This document shows positions 54,760 through 63,952 of a stretch of 64,000 bases of DNA, piece after piece. The notes under the pieces are model-generated. The model was given only the letters and a program-made list of their open reading frames with translations. It did no database searches and was not told where the DNA came from. How positions within the stretch are numbered: position 1 is the first letter of the stretch; each line of letters starts with the position of its first letter. A program made the translations under genes and the position numbers. This DNA is from Kiloniellaceae bacterium (lineage in GTDB: Bacteria > Pseudomonadota > Alphaproteobacteria > Kiloniellales > J153): the NCBI GenBank assembly GCA_021776095.1, contig JAJFGO010000058.1, positions 6,652-70,651 of the forward strand, in the 5' to 3' direction.

Positions 54760-55530
54760 ATGAGCCGTCCGCTTCTCGAAGTCGCCAAGCTGACCATGCG
54801 GTTCGGCGGTTTGACCGCTGTGGACGAACTCAGCTTTAGGGTCGAGCAAGGCGCCATCCACGGGCTTATCGGCCCCAACGGCGCCGGCAAGACGACCACC
54901 TTCAATGTGATTTCCGGCTTCTACAAACCGACCGCAGGCGAGGTGCGCCTGCGTGGCGAGGTCATATCGGGTCTGAAAATGAGTCAGGTGGCGCGCCGTG
55001 GCGTGGTTCGAACCTTTCAGCACTCGACCCTGTTTGCCGAACTGACAGTTCGCGAGAATGCCCTGGTTGGCACTCACATGGCGTTTCGACCCAGAATTCT
55101 CTCGGCCCTTTTGGGCTCCGACACACAAGACCGCCGCGCCGCGCAAGCCCGTGCCGAGGAAGCGCTCGACTTCTTTGGCTTGCTTGCGCTTGCCGAGGTG
55201 ATGGCTGGCGATTTGCCGCATGGCCACCAACGCGCCCTGGGCATGGCGGTAGCCTTGGCCGCGCGCCCCGAGATCGTCTTGCTGGACGAACCCTTCACGG
55301 GCATGAATCCCGAAGAAACCCGTGAGATGATGGAATTGATGCGAAAGCTGCGCGATAGCGGCGTCACCATCCTCCTGGTTGAGCATGATATGCACGCGAT
55401 CATGGGTCTGTGCGACCGGATTACCTGCATGAGTTTCGGCAAGCTTCTGGCCGAAGGGAATCCCCAAGAAATCCGCAACCACCCCGAGGTGATTAGGGCC
55501 TATCTGGGAGGCGCGCGCCATGTTGCTTGA
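54760..55530 (+). CDS. ABC ATP-binding protein (LivG-like)
   Basis: GPNGAGKTTTFN, LPHGHQRALGMAVAL, VLLDEPFTGM. Confidence 0.9.
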   Translation: MSRPLLEVAKLTMRFGGLTAVDELSFRVEQGAIHGLIGPNGAGKTTTFNVISGFYKPTAGEVRLRGEVISGLKMSQVARRGVVRTFQHSTLFAELTVRENALVGTHMAFRPRILSALLGSDTQDRRAAQARAEEALDFFGLLALAEVMAGDLPHGHQRALGMAVALAARPEIVLLDEPFTGMNPEETREMMELMRKLRDSGVTILLVEHDMHAIMGLCDRITCMSFGKLLAEGNPQEIRNHPEVIRAYLGGARHVA

Positions 55531-56227
55531 GATGAAGCGGGCGTCCGTCAATTACGGCAGCGTTTCGGCGATTCGCGACATTTCGTTGGCGGTCCCCGAG
55601 GGCGGCATCGTCACCATTATCGGTGGCAACGGTGCGGGCAAGACCACAACCTTGCGGGCGATCTCCGGCCTCGCGCGGGTGGGCGCGGGGGAAATCCACT
55701 TCAACGGCGAGCGGATCGACAAACTTTCCGTCGACAAGATCGTCGGCCGGGGCATCGCCCACGTGCCGGAGGGGCGGCGGGTCTTTCCGGACCTGACGGT
55801 CGAGGAGAACCTGCGCACCGGCGCCTTCCTGCGTCGCGACAAACCCGCGGTCGAGGCAGACTTGGAGAGTGTCTACGGTCGCTTTTCCCGGCTTCGTGAA
55901 CGCCGCAAACAGCTGGCTAAGACCATGTCGGGGGGCGAGCAGCAGATGCTGGCGATCGGCCGCGCCCTGATGTCGAAACCCAAGCTTCTGCTTTTGGACG
56001 AGCCGTCCATGGGCTTGGCGCCGGTGATCGTCGAAGACATCGCTCGCATCATTGAGGAGATCAAGGGCCAAGGCGTGCCCGTCGTGCTGGTCGAACAGAA
56101 CGCCGAACTCGCGCTCGACTTGGCGGACTATGCCTATGTGCTCGAAACCGGCACGTTGGCTTTGGAGGGGCCCGCGGCGGAACTGCATGACAACGCCCAT
56201 GTGCGCGCCGCGTATCTAGGTGTTTGA
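55520..56227 (+). CDS. ABC ATP-binding protein (LivF-like)
   Basis: GGNGAGKTTTLR, MSGGEQQMLAIGRAL, LLLDEPSMGL. Confidence 0.9.
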   Translation: MLLEMKRASVNYGSVSAIRDISLAVPEGGIVTIIGGNGAGKTTTLRAISGLARVGAGEIHFNGERIDKLSVDKIVGRGIAHVPEGRRVFPDLTVEENLRTGAFLRRDKPAVEADLESVYGRFSRLRERRKQLAKTMSGGEQQMLAIGRALMSKPKLLLLDEPSMGLAPVIVEDIARIIEEIKGQGVPVVLVEQNAELALDLADYAYVLETGTLALEGPAAELHDNAHVRAAYLGV

Positions 56228-56243
56228 CGGCAAGGACCCGGAA

Positions 56244-56804
56244 ATGCGCGCCGCGTTGGCCGCCGGCTGGCGCCGGCGCGATCTGTGGTGGGAACGTCTT
56301 CAAGAGCGCGCCAATCGGAATTGGGTCGCAGGCGATCGGGCGCGTGCCCTGACCGGTTTTCGTTTCGCCTACTGGCTGTCTCTCGCAGTATTTCCGCGTA
56401 CCGATCCCCGTCGCGCGACCAGCCTGGCCAACGCGGCCTTTGCGGCGCGCGCGCGCAGCGCATCCGAAAGGGCACAGCGGACCTACCGTGCGGCGCTAAA
56501 TCTGTGGACCACCGCGCCCGCCACGCTCGAGGCATTGCATATCCAACGGCGCGCCCGCAGTTCCCTGTTCCATCTGCGCATGGAAGCCAAGCATTGGGAT
56601 ACCTACAGCGACAATATGAAAACCCGGCTCGGCAAAATCATGGCCGAATCCGAGGCCTGCCTCGCGGCCTTGTCGCGCGGCGAAGCCGTACCTCATCGGC
56701 TGTACTCCCGCTGGTTGGGCGAAAAACCGTCGGTGTTCGACGATACCCGAAAGGTCCTTGCCGCCTGCCTGCTGATCGCGTCCGACGCGCCGCCTGATCG
56801 TTAG
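56244..56804 (+). CDS. Hypothetical helical protein co-transcribed with the ABC operon
   Basis: 186 aa from an ATG with AAGGA 9 nt upstream; the track GTG at 56220 overlaps the livF-like stop. I see no recognisable motif, TM span or signal peptide. Coding is judged only from ORF length, position and Arg/Ala-rich but non-repetitive composition. Confidence 0.4.
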   Translation: MRAALAAGWRRRDLWWERLQERANRNWVAGDRARALTGFRFAYWLSLAVFPRTDPRRATSLANAAFAARARSASERAQRTYRAALNLWTTAPATLEALHIQRRARSSLFHLRMEAKHWDTYSDNMKTRLGKIMAESEACLAALSRGEAVPHRLYSRWLGEKPSVFDDTRKVLAACLLIASDAPPDR

Positions 56805-57841
56805 GGCGCGGGGCGCGGAAAATTCTCGGCGCGGGATTTAGCATCCCGGCGCTCGCGCCAGGCGACGAACACGCCGGCGCCGGCGATCATGGCCATGCCC
56901 AGAAAGGTCAGGGCATCCGGGACATGACGCCACAGGGCAAAACCCCAAAATGTCGCGAAGATCAGGTAGGAATAATCGAACGGCGCGAGCCAACTGGCCT
57001 CGGCGTTTTGGTAGGCCTTGGCGAGGCCGATGTTCGCGGACAGGTTTAAGAACGAACACCCCAGGATGATGGCGAGCACCCAAATCTCCAAAGGATTCCA
57101 ACCGGTGAAAAGATAGGGCCAAGCCCGAGCCAGGCCTTCGAACGGCTCGGCGGCAAAGGCCAGAAGCCCCAAGGCGCTGAGGCCCAGGAACGCGAAGCTG
57201 ACCCCGTAGGCCAGGGTGACCGGCGATTCCGTGCGGCACAGGCGCCGCGTGGTCAAAATGGTTCCCGCATAGCACAGCGCCGCGCACACCGGCATGAGTG
57301 AAACCGGCCGGAACGCGTCGGTGCCAGGCTTTAAGATCAGCAAAGTACCGGTGAAGCCAACCAGGATCGCGGCGATCCGGCGTGGCCCGACGCGCTCGCC
57401 GAGCAGAATCGCGGACAGTACGGCGACGAAAAGTGGAAAGACATAGAGCCCGGCGGCGATTTCCGCGAGGGTTAGGAACGGCATGCCACCGAAAAACAGG
57501 ATCATGGCTGCCGCCAACAGGAGGCTGCGCAGCGTGACCGCCCAGATATTCTGAGGCCGCGGCCCAGCGGTCCCCCAGACGATGCGGGTCACGATCGCCA
57601 GCAAAATCAGATTCGCGGTGGACCGGATCGCCTGGAATTGCCAGAGCGAAACCTCAGAACTGGTGAATTTGGCGAGGCCATCCTGCAGGCCCAGCAAGAA
57701 CAGCGCGCCGACCAGGAGAGCGACGGCCTGCGGTGGCCGATCGGCTGTGGTGCCGGACAGAAAGCCGCTCATGCCTTGCCGGTCTGGTTTGCTCACGTCG
57801 GTATCCTTGGCGATGCAGCGACCGGGGTCTGCGTTGGGCAT
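56801..57841 (-). CDS. DMT-superfamily (EamA-type) transporter
   Basis: About 10 TM spans in two EamA-like halves. Start uncertain: the ATG at 57772 (MSGFLSG...) gives a more typical short N-terminus. Confidence 0.8.
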   Translation of the reverse strand: MPNADPGRCIAKDTDVSKPDRQGMSGFLSGTTADRPPQAVALLVGALFLLGLQDGLAKFTSSEVSLWQFQAIRSTANLILLAIVTRIVWGTAGPRPQNIWAVTLRSLLLAAAMILFFGGMPFLTLAEIAAGLYVFPLFVAVLSAILLGERVGPRRIAAILVGFTGTLLILKPGTDAFRPVSLMPVCAALCYAGTILTTRRLCRTESPVTLAYGVSFAFLGLSALGLLAFAAEPFEGLARAWPYLFTGWNPLEIWVLAIILGCSFLNLSANIGLAKAYQNAEASWLAPFDYSYLIFATFWGFALWRHVPDALTFLGMAMIAGAGVFVAWRERRDAKSRAENFPRPAP

Positions 57842-57850
57842 CTAAGTGGT

Positions 57851-59095
57851 TTAATATCGGCAGGCCGAAGTCGCCTGGTCGGTGCCCAGAGTGTCTAGGT
57901 TATTGGTCTGGTGCAAGAAACCTTCGATCGGGGCTCGTGCGACCACGGCGTTGTGGGTATGCAGCAGAATCGTTTGACGCAACTGCCGATCCCAGGGCCG
58001 AAAGCTGCCTGGGTTCCCTTTGTAGAGATCCAGGTTGATCCGGTCGGATGTCAGGAAGGTGCGCAGCGCCTTCGCGTCGGGCAAACGCGTGTCAGGCGTC
58101 GCCCCGTCCGCGGGCTCGTGACGCAGGATCGCTTCGACGACGGCGCGCACAGCGGCCCAGGCCGCCCACTGAGTTCCGGTCATGTGGTAGTCCGCGCGTT
58201 TCCGGAAGCGTTGATTGAGTTGTGGTGCGCCGTGCCGTTCCCATGTCCAGTGCCAGGCGTCGGCGATCAGGCCTTCGGTACCCACGACCGGGCGCGGCAA
58301 AAGTGTCTGGAACGGTACGTAGCGGCCGAATTCGCCGTGGGTGTCGGCCAGAAAGACAACGTCATAGCCGCGCACGGCGGTCAGCAGGCGGATATTATTT
58401 TGATCGCGGATGCGCGGATCGTTGCTCAACTTGAACGGCCGCACCGCCACAATTTTCAGGCCGAACTTCTTGGCCGAGGCCTGGAAGGCCTTGGCAATCC
58501 GCGCGTCACCGGCTTCCTCGCCCTGCAGGATCAGGATGTTGCCCCAATTCTTGTGTTTCAGGTACTGGGCCAGTGCGTCCATCACCATGGCATCGCTCGG
58601 CAGGGTGTGGAACAACCCTGGAGCGCAGGCCGCACCACGCAGGAAATCGTCGCCATGGCGCACGTTGAATAGGATGTAAGGTTCCGCCGCGAGCGCAGCT
58701 GCGGCTGCCGTCAATTCTTCCAGGGGCAAATCGAGCAGAAAGACGCTGGCGCCGGTCGCGGCCGCGATCTCGCGAACCGCATCCGCCGCATCCTGACTCG
58801 GCGTTAGCATCCTTTCTTCCAGCGCGAACTTCAGGCCCAGAGCGCGGCCCATGACGCGGCTTTCGCGCAGTCCGACACGGGCGCCGTCGAGCGGGCGCTT
58901 GCGATCGCGCAGGATCAGTCCGGTATAGGCCTTGGCCGGCTCGTAGGCGCGGTCCGCCTCGCGGCCCAGGTAGACCAAAGTATAGGATTCCGCCGCGCGC
59001 ACCGTCGCCGGAAGGATTGCAGCGGCCAGCGCACAAACGATAATGAAGGCCACCCGGGCGGGCGCCCGAAATCGGCACCGGAGATCAGCGGTCAT
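57851..59095 (-). CDS. Periplasmic binding protein of the type associated with PQQ-dependent alcohol dehydrogenase systems (Liv-fold)
   Basis: 414 aa. Signal peptide ...VCALAAAILPATVRA. Overall it looks like the quinoprotein-dehydrogenase-associated putative ABC SBP (PedA1-like). Assignment rests on context and recollection, not a search. Confidence 0.55.
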   Translation of the reverse strand: MTADLRCRFRAPARVAFIIVCALAAAILPATVRAAESYTLVYLGREADRAYEPAKAYTGLILRDRKRPLDGARVGLRESRVMGRALGLKFALEERMLTPSQDAADAVREIAAATGASVFLLDLPLEELTAAAAALAAEPYILFNVRHGDDFLRGAACAPGLFHTLPSDAMVMDALAQYLKHKNWGNILILQGEEAGDARIAKAFQASAKKFGLKIVAVRPFKLSNDPRIRDQNNIRLLTAVRGYDVVFLADTHGEFGRYVPFQTLLPRPVVGTEGLIADAWHWTWERHGAPQLNQRFRKRADYHMTGTQWAAWAAVRAVVEAILRHEPADGATPDTRLPDAKALRTFLTSDRINLDLYKGNPGSFRPWDRQLRQTILLHTHNAVVARAPIEGFLHQTNNLDTLGTDQATSACRY

Positions 59096-60101
59096 CGATT
59101 AGAATGCCATAGGGAACCTGCCCGACCGGCACCGATTTGAGCACCTGAAGTCTTTCCGTATCGATGATCGAAAGGTCGTCGGACAGGCCGTTGGCCACGT
59201 AAAGCCGGCGCTCGTCGGCGGTGAGCGCCAGGCCCCAGGCCCGTTTGCCGACCAGGATATAGCGCTCCACCTTGCGCGCCGCCACGTCGACCACGGCCAC
59301 ATGATTGGCCCGCCCCAAGGCGACATAAGCCCGCCGGCCATCGCGCGTGATCAAGAGATCGACCGGCGTCACCTCTTCTTTGCGCATCCCGGTCGGTAGG
59401 AACACTATGTCGTCGATCAATTCGAGGCTGGCGACATCGATGATGTTCACGATACCGGCCAGCTCGGCGGACACCCACAGTTGCTTCTCGTCGGGGGTCA
59501 AGGCGAAGCGGCGCGGCCGGGTGTCGACCAGGATGTCCTTAATTATTTCGCCAGCCACAGTGTCGATAACATGAACTATGTTGGCCGCCTCGGAGGCAAC
59601 GAAGACCAGGCCACCGTCGGCTGTGAACAGCACACCTTCAGGTTCCTCGCCAGTGTCGTAGCCGGCGACAATCTCGCCGGTCTCCAGGTCGAGCACGCTG
59701 GCCTCGGCCTCTTCCTCGTTGGAGATGTAAAGGTGGCGGCCATCGGGGTGGAGATCGAAGGTCTCAGGCTCTTCGATATCGCGATACCGCCGGACCAGGG
59801 CCTTGGTCGCGATATCGTAGACGGCGACCACCGAATCGTCGGCGCAACCGACGAAGAACTGGGTACGATCGCTATTGAAATGAATGCCGCGCGGCCGGGC
59901 GCAGGTTTCCATGGTGGCCACCACCCGGTCGCTGCTGTCGAGCACGCTGATGGTGTTCGACTTTTCGTTGGTCACGAAAATGAGCCCGGTCCCCCTGGCG
60001 CCGGCCGGCAGCGCGGCGCTTAGGCTCAAGACTCCAGCCATCAGAAAGGATAGCAACAGCCTGGCGGAAGCGACTTCGGGGCGACGATGAGTGCCGGTCA
60101 A
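59085..60101 (-). CDS. YVTN-family beta-propeller repeat protein (PQQ-dependent catabolism-associated type)
   Basis: Repeated ...YV.N..S..VSVID... blades (LIFVTNEKSNTISVLD, LYISNEEEAEASVLD, VFVASEAANIVHVID, LWVSAELAGIVNIID, AYVALGRANHVAVVD, LYVANGLSDDLSIID). I prefer the TTG at 60101, with GGAAGGAG 6 nt upstream. The track GTG at 60134 adds 11 aa. Confidence 0.7.
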   Translation of the reverse strand: MTGTHRRPEVASARLLLSFLMAGVLSLSAALPAGARGTGLIFVTNEKSNTISVLDSSDRVVATMETCARPRGIHFNSDRTQFFVGCADDSVVAVYDIATKALVRRYRDIEEPETFDLHPDGRHLYISNEEEAEASVLDLETGEIVAGYDTGEEPEGVLFTADGGLVFVASEAANIVHVIDTVAGEIIKDILVDTRPRRFALTPDEKQLWVSAELAGIVNIIDVASLELIDDIVFLPTGMRKEEVTPVDLLITRDGRRAYVALGRANHVAVVDVAARKVERYILVGKRAWGLALTADERRLYVANGLSDDLSIIDTERLQVLKSVPVGQVPYGILIDDR

Positions 60102-60375
60102 TTCAAACTCCTTCCGGCACTCGCGCCGGCTCACTGACGATTTGGCATCGGTTCAGCCAACAGTCTTGGGTGAAAGGTCTGGTGGGGTCAACCATGCGGC
60201 TCTGAGGCTTGGCTCTAGGTGCTTATTGTATGCGAATAGCTGAGACGGGCGAACCCAACCGTCGTGCGAAAAGCGACTCCACAAGGTCGCCCAAATCGTG
60301 TTTAATCATAGTATTAACAATAACGCGCGCTACGGTTTGGATACTGTGCGCTGCACAAAAATGGGGGAAGCGCTA

Positions 60376-62094
60376 ATGACTGCATTGCGAAATGGTGTCC
60401 AGGGTATTTGCGGCGTTGCCATGGGGGCGGCGCTTTTTCTTTTTCCAGCTGTGCATGCTAACGCGCAGGAGGTGATTGGCGGCACGCTTTATGGCGATAT
60501 GGGTCTAGTCAGCCAGGATATGCTCAGCCGGGCGGCGTCTGACGGCAATAACTTCTTGCATACCAACGGCAATTACAACCAGACGCGGTATTACCCGTCG
60601 CGTCAGATTGACACTGGCAACGTTGGCGAGTTGCGCCCGGCCTGGATTTTCCAGACCGAGGTCGTCGAGACCATGGAAACCACGCCGATCGTGGTCAATG
60701 GCGTGATGTACGCGACCACCGCCTTCAATCACGTTTACGCCCTGAATGCGGCGACCGGCGAGCAGATCTGGCATTACAAGCATAACATGGGTCCGGTCAC
60801 GACCTACTGTTGCGGCCCCAATAACCGCGGCGTCGCGATTTACGACGACCGGGTCTATATGGGCACCTTGGATGCCCGTCTGGTTGCGCTCGACGCCAAG
60901 ACCGGCAAGGTGATCTGGGACAAGGAAATCGCCGATCCGGAGCTGGGTTACAGCGAGACCATGGCGCCGACGGCGGTTAACGGCAAGATCCTGATCGGCA
61001 CCAACGGTGGCGAATATGGCGTTCGGGGTTTCGTCAAGGCTTTCGATGCCAAGAACGGCGATCTTCTTTGGACGTTCCACACCACCGCCGAGAATTCCGT
61101 TGGTGTCTGGGCGACCCGTGACGCCACCGGGCGCGACATGCTGCGTGACGTTGCCGCGGAAAAGGCGGCACTCAAAAAGATGGGCGACCCCTATAAGACC
61201 TTGGGCGGCGGCGTCTGGCAGAACCCGGCGGTCGATCTGGCCAGCAACCGGATCTTTTTCGTGGCCGGCAATCCTTCGCCCGACCTCGACGGTTCACTCC
61301 GGCCCGGCGACAATCTCTACACGAACTCGCTGGTCGCAGTCGATCTCGATACCGGCAAGTACGCCTGTCATTTTCAGTACATCGCCCACGACGTCTGGGA
61401 CCTGGACGCGGTCAGCCCGCCGATCCTGGTCGATGTGGCAGATGCCAGCGGCAAGATGGTGCCGGGCGTGCTGCATGGCGGCAAAACCGGCCATGTCTAT
61501 GTGCACGACCGGAAAGATTGCAGCCTGATCCGCTATTCGGAGGCCATGGTGCCGCAAGAGAACATGTGGGTGCTACCAACCAAGGACGGTGCGCGCATGT
61601 TGCCGGGCGCCAATGGCGGCGTCGAATGGTCGCCCATGGCGGTCGATGCGGACCTGGGATTGACCTACGCCATCAACCTGCATCAGCCCATGACCTATCA
61701 CGTCGAGAGCTCGCCCTATCCCGAGGGGAAATTGTGGCTCGGCGGTGCCTTCAAGGTCATTCCGAACGAGGCCCAGTGGGGCAATGTCACGGCGGTGGAC
61801 TACAACACCGGCAAGATCCGTTGGCAGGTCAAAACCCAGCAGCCGATGATCGGCGGCATTCTGGCCACGGCCGGCGGGTTGGTTTTCACCGGCGAGGGCA
61901 ACGGCCAGTTTAAGGCTTACGATTCCGAGACCGGCAGCTTGCTGTGGAAGTTCCAGGCGGGGGCGGGCGTCAACGCGCCTCCGGCCTCTTACACGGTTGA
62001 CGGCAAGCAATACATCGTTGTCGCTGCCGGCGGGAATACCCAATTGAACTACAAGCGCGGCAACAACATCATTGCCTTCACGCTTGCCGATTAG
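60376..62094 (+). CDS. PQQ-dependent dehydrogenase, methanol/ethanol family, with lanthanide-type D-x-D signature
   Basis: Signal peptide [30 protein letters not shown]. Vicinal Cys-Cys ([10 protein letters not shown]). W-repeat propeller. WDLDAV, with Asp two residues after the catalytic Asp (61399-61407). The track start at 60298 is a GTG far upstream; GGGGGAAG precedes 60376. Confidence 0.85.
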   Translation: MTALRNGVQGICGVAMGAALFLFPAVHANAQEVIGGTLYGDMGLVSQDMLSRAASDGNNFLHTNGNYNQTRYYPSRQIDTGNVGELRPAWIFQTEVVETMETTPIVVNGVMYATTAFNHVYALNAATGEQIWHYKHNMGPVTTYCCGPNNRGVAIYDDRVYMGTLDARLVALDAKTGKVIWDKEIADPELGYSETMAPTAVNGKILIGTNGGEYGVRGFVKAFDAKNGDLLWTFHTTAENSVGVWATRDATGRDMLRDVAAEKAALKKMGDPYKTLGGGVWQNPAVDLASNRIFFVAGNPSPDLDGSLRPGDNLYTNSLVAVDLDTGKYACHFQYIAHDVWDLDAVSPPILVDVADASGKMVPGVLHGGKTGHVYVHDRKDCSLIRYSEAMVPQENMWVLPTKDGARMLPGANGGVEWSPMAVDADLGLTYAINLHQPMTYHVESSPYPEGKLWLGGAFKVIPNEAQWGNVTAVDYNTGKIRWQVKTQQPMIGGILATAGGLVFTGEGNGQFKAYDSETGSLLWKFQAGAGVNAPPASYTVDGKQYIVVAAGGNTQLNYKRGNNIIAFTLAD

Positions 62095-62199
62095 AGTCGG
62101 ACACGCCTTCTTTGGCGGGATTGGGGCCGCGATGAGCGGCCCCACTTTCGTGTCCGCCAGGCCTTGGCAATGTTTTTTCGATCCGCTGCGGAGACCCTT

Positions 62200-62802
62200 A
62201 TGACTCGCCAGGTTTACTTGTCCGCCCTTGCGCTGGTTTGCATGCTCGCTCTGTCCGGGACCGGGTCGGCCCGAGCCGAGAGCGTGCCGCCACCCGAGAT
62301 CGCCGAACAGGTTGAGCTATGCAGTGGATGCCACGGTACCGACGGCGTGCCGGTAACCGAAGCCACGCCGATCATCTGGGGCCAGGAGGAGTATTACATT
62401 TACGTCCAGATGCGCGACATCAAGGCCGGACGGCGGGCCAACGAGATCATGTACAGCGTGGTCGCCGACCTTTCCAAGGCCGAGATGCGGGCCCTGGGCA
62501 AGTATTTCGCGCAAAGGCCCTGGCCCAGCACAAGTTTCAAGGCGCAGGAGGGCGACGACGCCATCGCGCACCGCATGGCGTCGGCGGGGCAATGTGCCCA
62601 ATGTCATCTCAGCGCTTTCGACGGCGACAGCCGGGTGCCCCGGGCAGCCGGGCAATTGGCCAGCTATCTGGAAAAGACCATGCTGGATTTCAAGCACAAG
62701 CGGCGCATGAACGCGCCCGATAAGGCCAGTCTTCTCGAAACTTTCGACGACCAAGACATTGCCGCCATGGCCCGCTACCTGGCCTCGCTGCAGGCGCACT
62801 GA
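62200..62802 (+). CDS. Dihaem c-type cytochrome (c4-like)
   Basis: Two CxxCH sites (CSGCHG, CAQCHL). Signal peptide MTRQVYLSALALVCMLALSGTGSARA. GGAG lies 6 nt upstream of the 62200 ATG. Confidence 0.75.
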   Translation: MTRQVYLSALALVCMLALSGTGSARAESVPPPEIAEQVELCSGCHGTDGVPVTEATPIIWGQEEYYIYVQMRDIKAGRRANEIMYSVVADLSKAEMRALGKYFAQRPWPSTSFKAQEGDDAIAHRMASAGQCAQCHLSAFDGDSRVPRAAGQLASYLEKTMLDFKHKRRMNAPDKASLLETFDDQDIAAMARYLASLQAH

Positions 62803-62809
62803 GGGGCGG

Positions 62810-63751
62810 CTAGTCGCGCAATGCCTGGCGGACCCGATCGGCGCTGGCGAGGTCGCGGGCACTTTTTCCTGCCTTGTCGCGTTGCGTGGGATCGGCGCCC
62901 CGTGCCAGAAGATAGCCAACGACCGCCGCATGGCCCCGTTCAGCCGCGATCATTAGGGCCGTGCGTCCACGATCGTCGGCAGGGCTGAGGTCGGCGCCGC
63001 GCTCGACTAATAGGCGAACCACCGCCAAACCCTCCACCTCGGGCACGTCGTTGCTGTGTCCAGCGGCCCACATCAAGGCGGTCAGGTCGTGGCCATAGCG
63101 CCGGTCGAGATCGGTTCCAGAGTCGAGCAGCCGGGTGACGATGGCGCCGTAACCGCGCCCGGCGGCATAGACCAGCGGGCCCTTGCCGGTCGAGTCCAGG
63201 GCCGTGGGGTCAGCACCGGCCATCAGCAGCAGGCGCACCAAGCGCGCATTGCCATTGAAACTGGCCGCGATGAGCGGTGTGATCCCCTTGACGTTGACCG
63301 CGTTGGGGTCCGCGCCGGCCTTTAAGAGAAGCTTGACGGTCTTGCGTTCGTTGGCGATGGCGGCTTTGACCAGGGCGGTGTTACCCGCCAGGTTCCGGAA
63401 ATCGATTTTGGAACCGCGGGCCATGAAGAACTCAACCAATTCCTCGTGCCCGGCTCCGGCGGCGATCAGAAGGACGTTGTTGCCGAAGCGGTTACGCGCC
63501 TCGATCGACGCGCCACGCTCGATCAATTCGCCGGCCAAATGCAGGCAGCCGCGGCTGGCGGCATCGAATAGGAAGAAGTTGAGATCGCGGGCTTCGCCCG
63601 CCCCACTCTTGACCGTGTAGTCCAGGCGCAGGTCCTGGCAGATCCGAGTTTCGTTGTCCGGCGGCGCCGCGCGCGGGGCGGCACCCATGAGGCCCATTAG
63701 GGCAGATGCCAACCAAAGGCCGCAGAGCATAAGTCTGGTCACGCTTCTCAT
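62810..63751 (-). CDS. Secreted/periplasmic ankyrin-repeat protein
   Basis: 313 aa with an N-terminal signal peptide. About 7 tandem repeats of about 33 aa (G.T.L..AA..GH..VV..LL..GAD). Confidence 0.8.
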   Translation of the reverse strand: MRSVTRLMLCGLWLASALMGLMGAAPRAAPPDNETRICQDLRLDYTVKSGAGEARDLNFFLFDAASRGCLHLAGELIERGASIEARNRFGNNVLLIAAGAGHEELVEFFMARGSKIDFRNLAGNTALVKAAIANERKTVKLLLKAGADPNAVNVKGITPLIAASFNGNARLVRLLLMAGADPTALDSTGKGPLVYAAGRGYGAIVTRLLDSGTDLDRRYGHDLTALMWAAGHSNDVPEVEGLAVVRLLVERGADLSPADDRGRTALMIAAERGHAAVVGYLLARGADPTQRDKAGKSARDLASADRVRQALRD

Positions 63752-63952
63752 GATCCCTCTCTAGTCCGAAACCGGGTCGCCCGATTTCGGGGGCGCTGTT
63801 TCGGCAAGGCTAGCATCGGCCGCCGGGCTTCGGAAGGGGCGCTTGGCGCCTCCGGCGGGCTTCGCCGCCGGATTTTTCTGGGCAGGCGCCCGCCCGGGCG
63901 ATAGCCTTGCGGTCCCTTTCGTTCCGGCGGTGCCATAACGAGGTCTGCGACT

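Noticed and set aside
60143-60157. TGGCAT-N5-CAGC resembling a sigma-54 -24/-12 element upstream of the PQQ dehydrogenase
   Set aside because: The -12 element lacks the TTGC(A/T) consensus. There is no enhancer-binding-protein gene nearby, and the site is more than 200 nt from the start.
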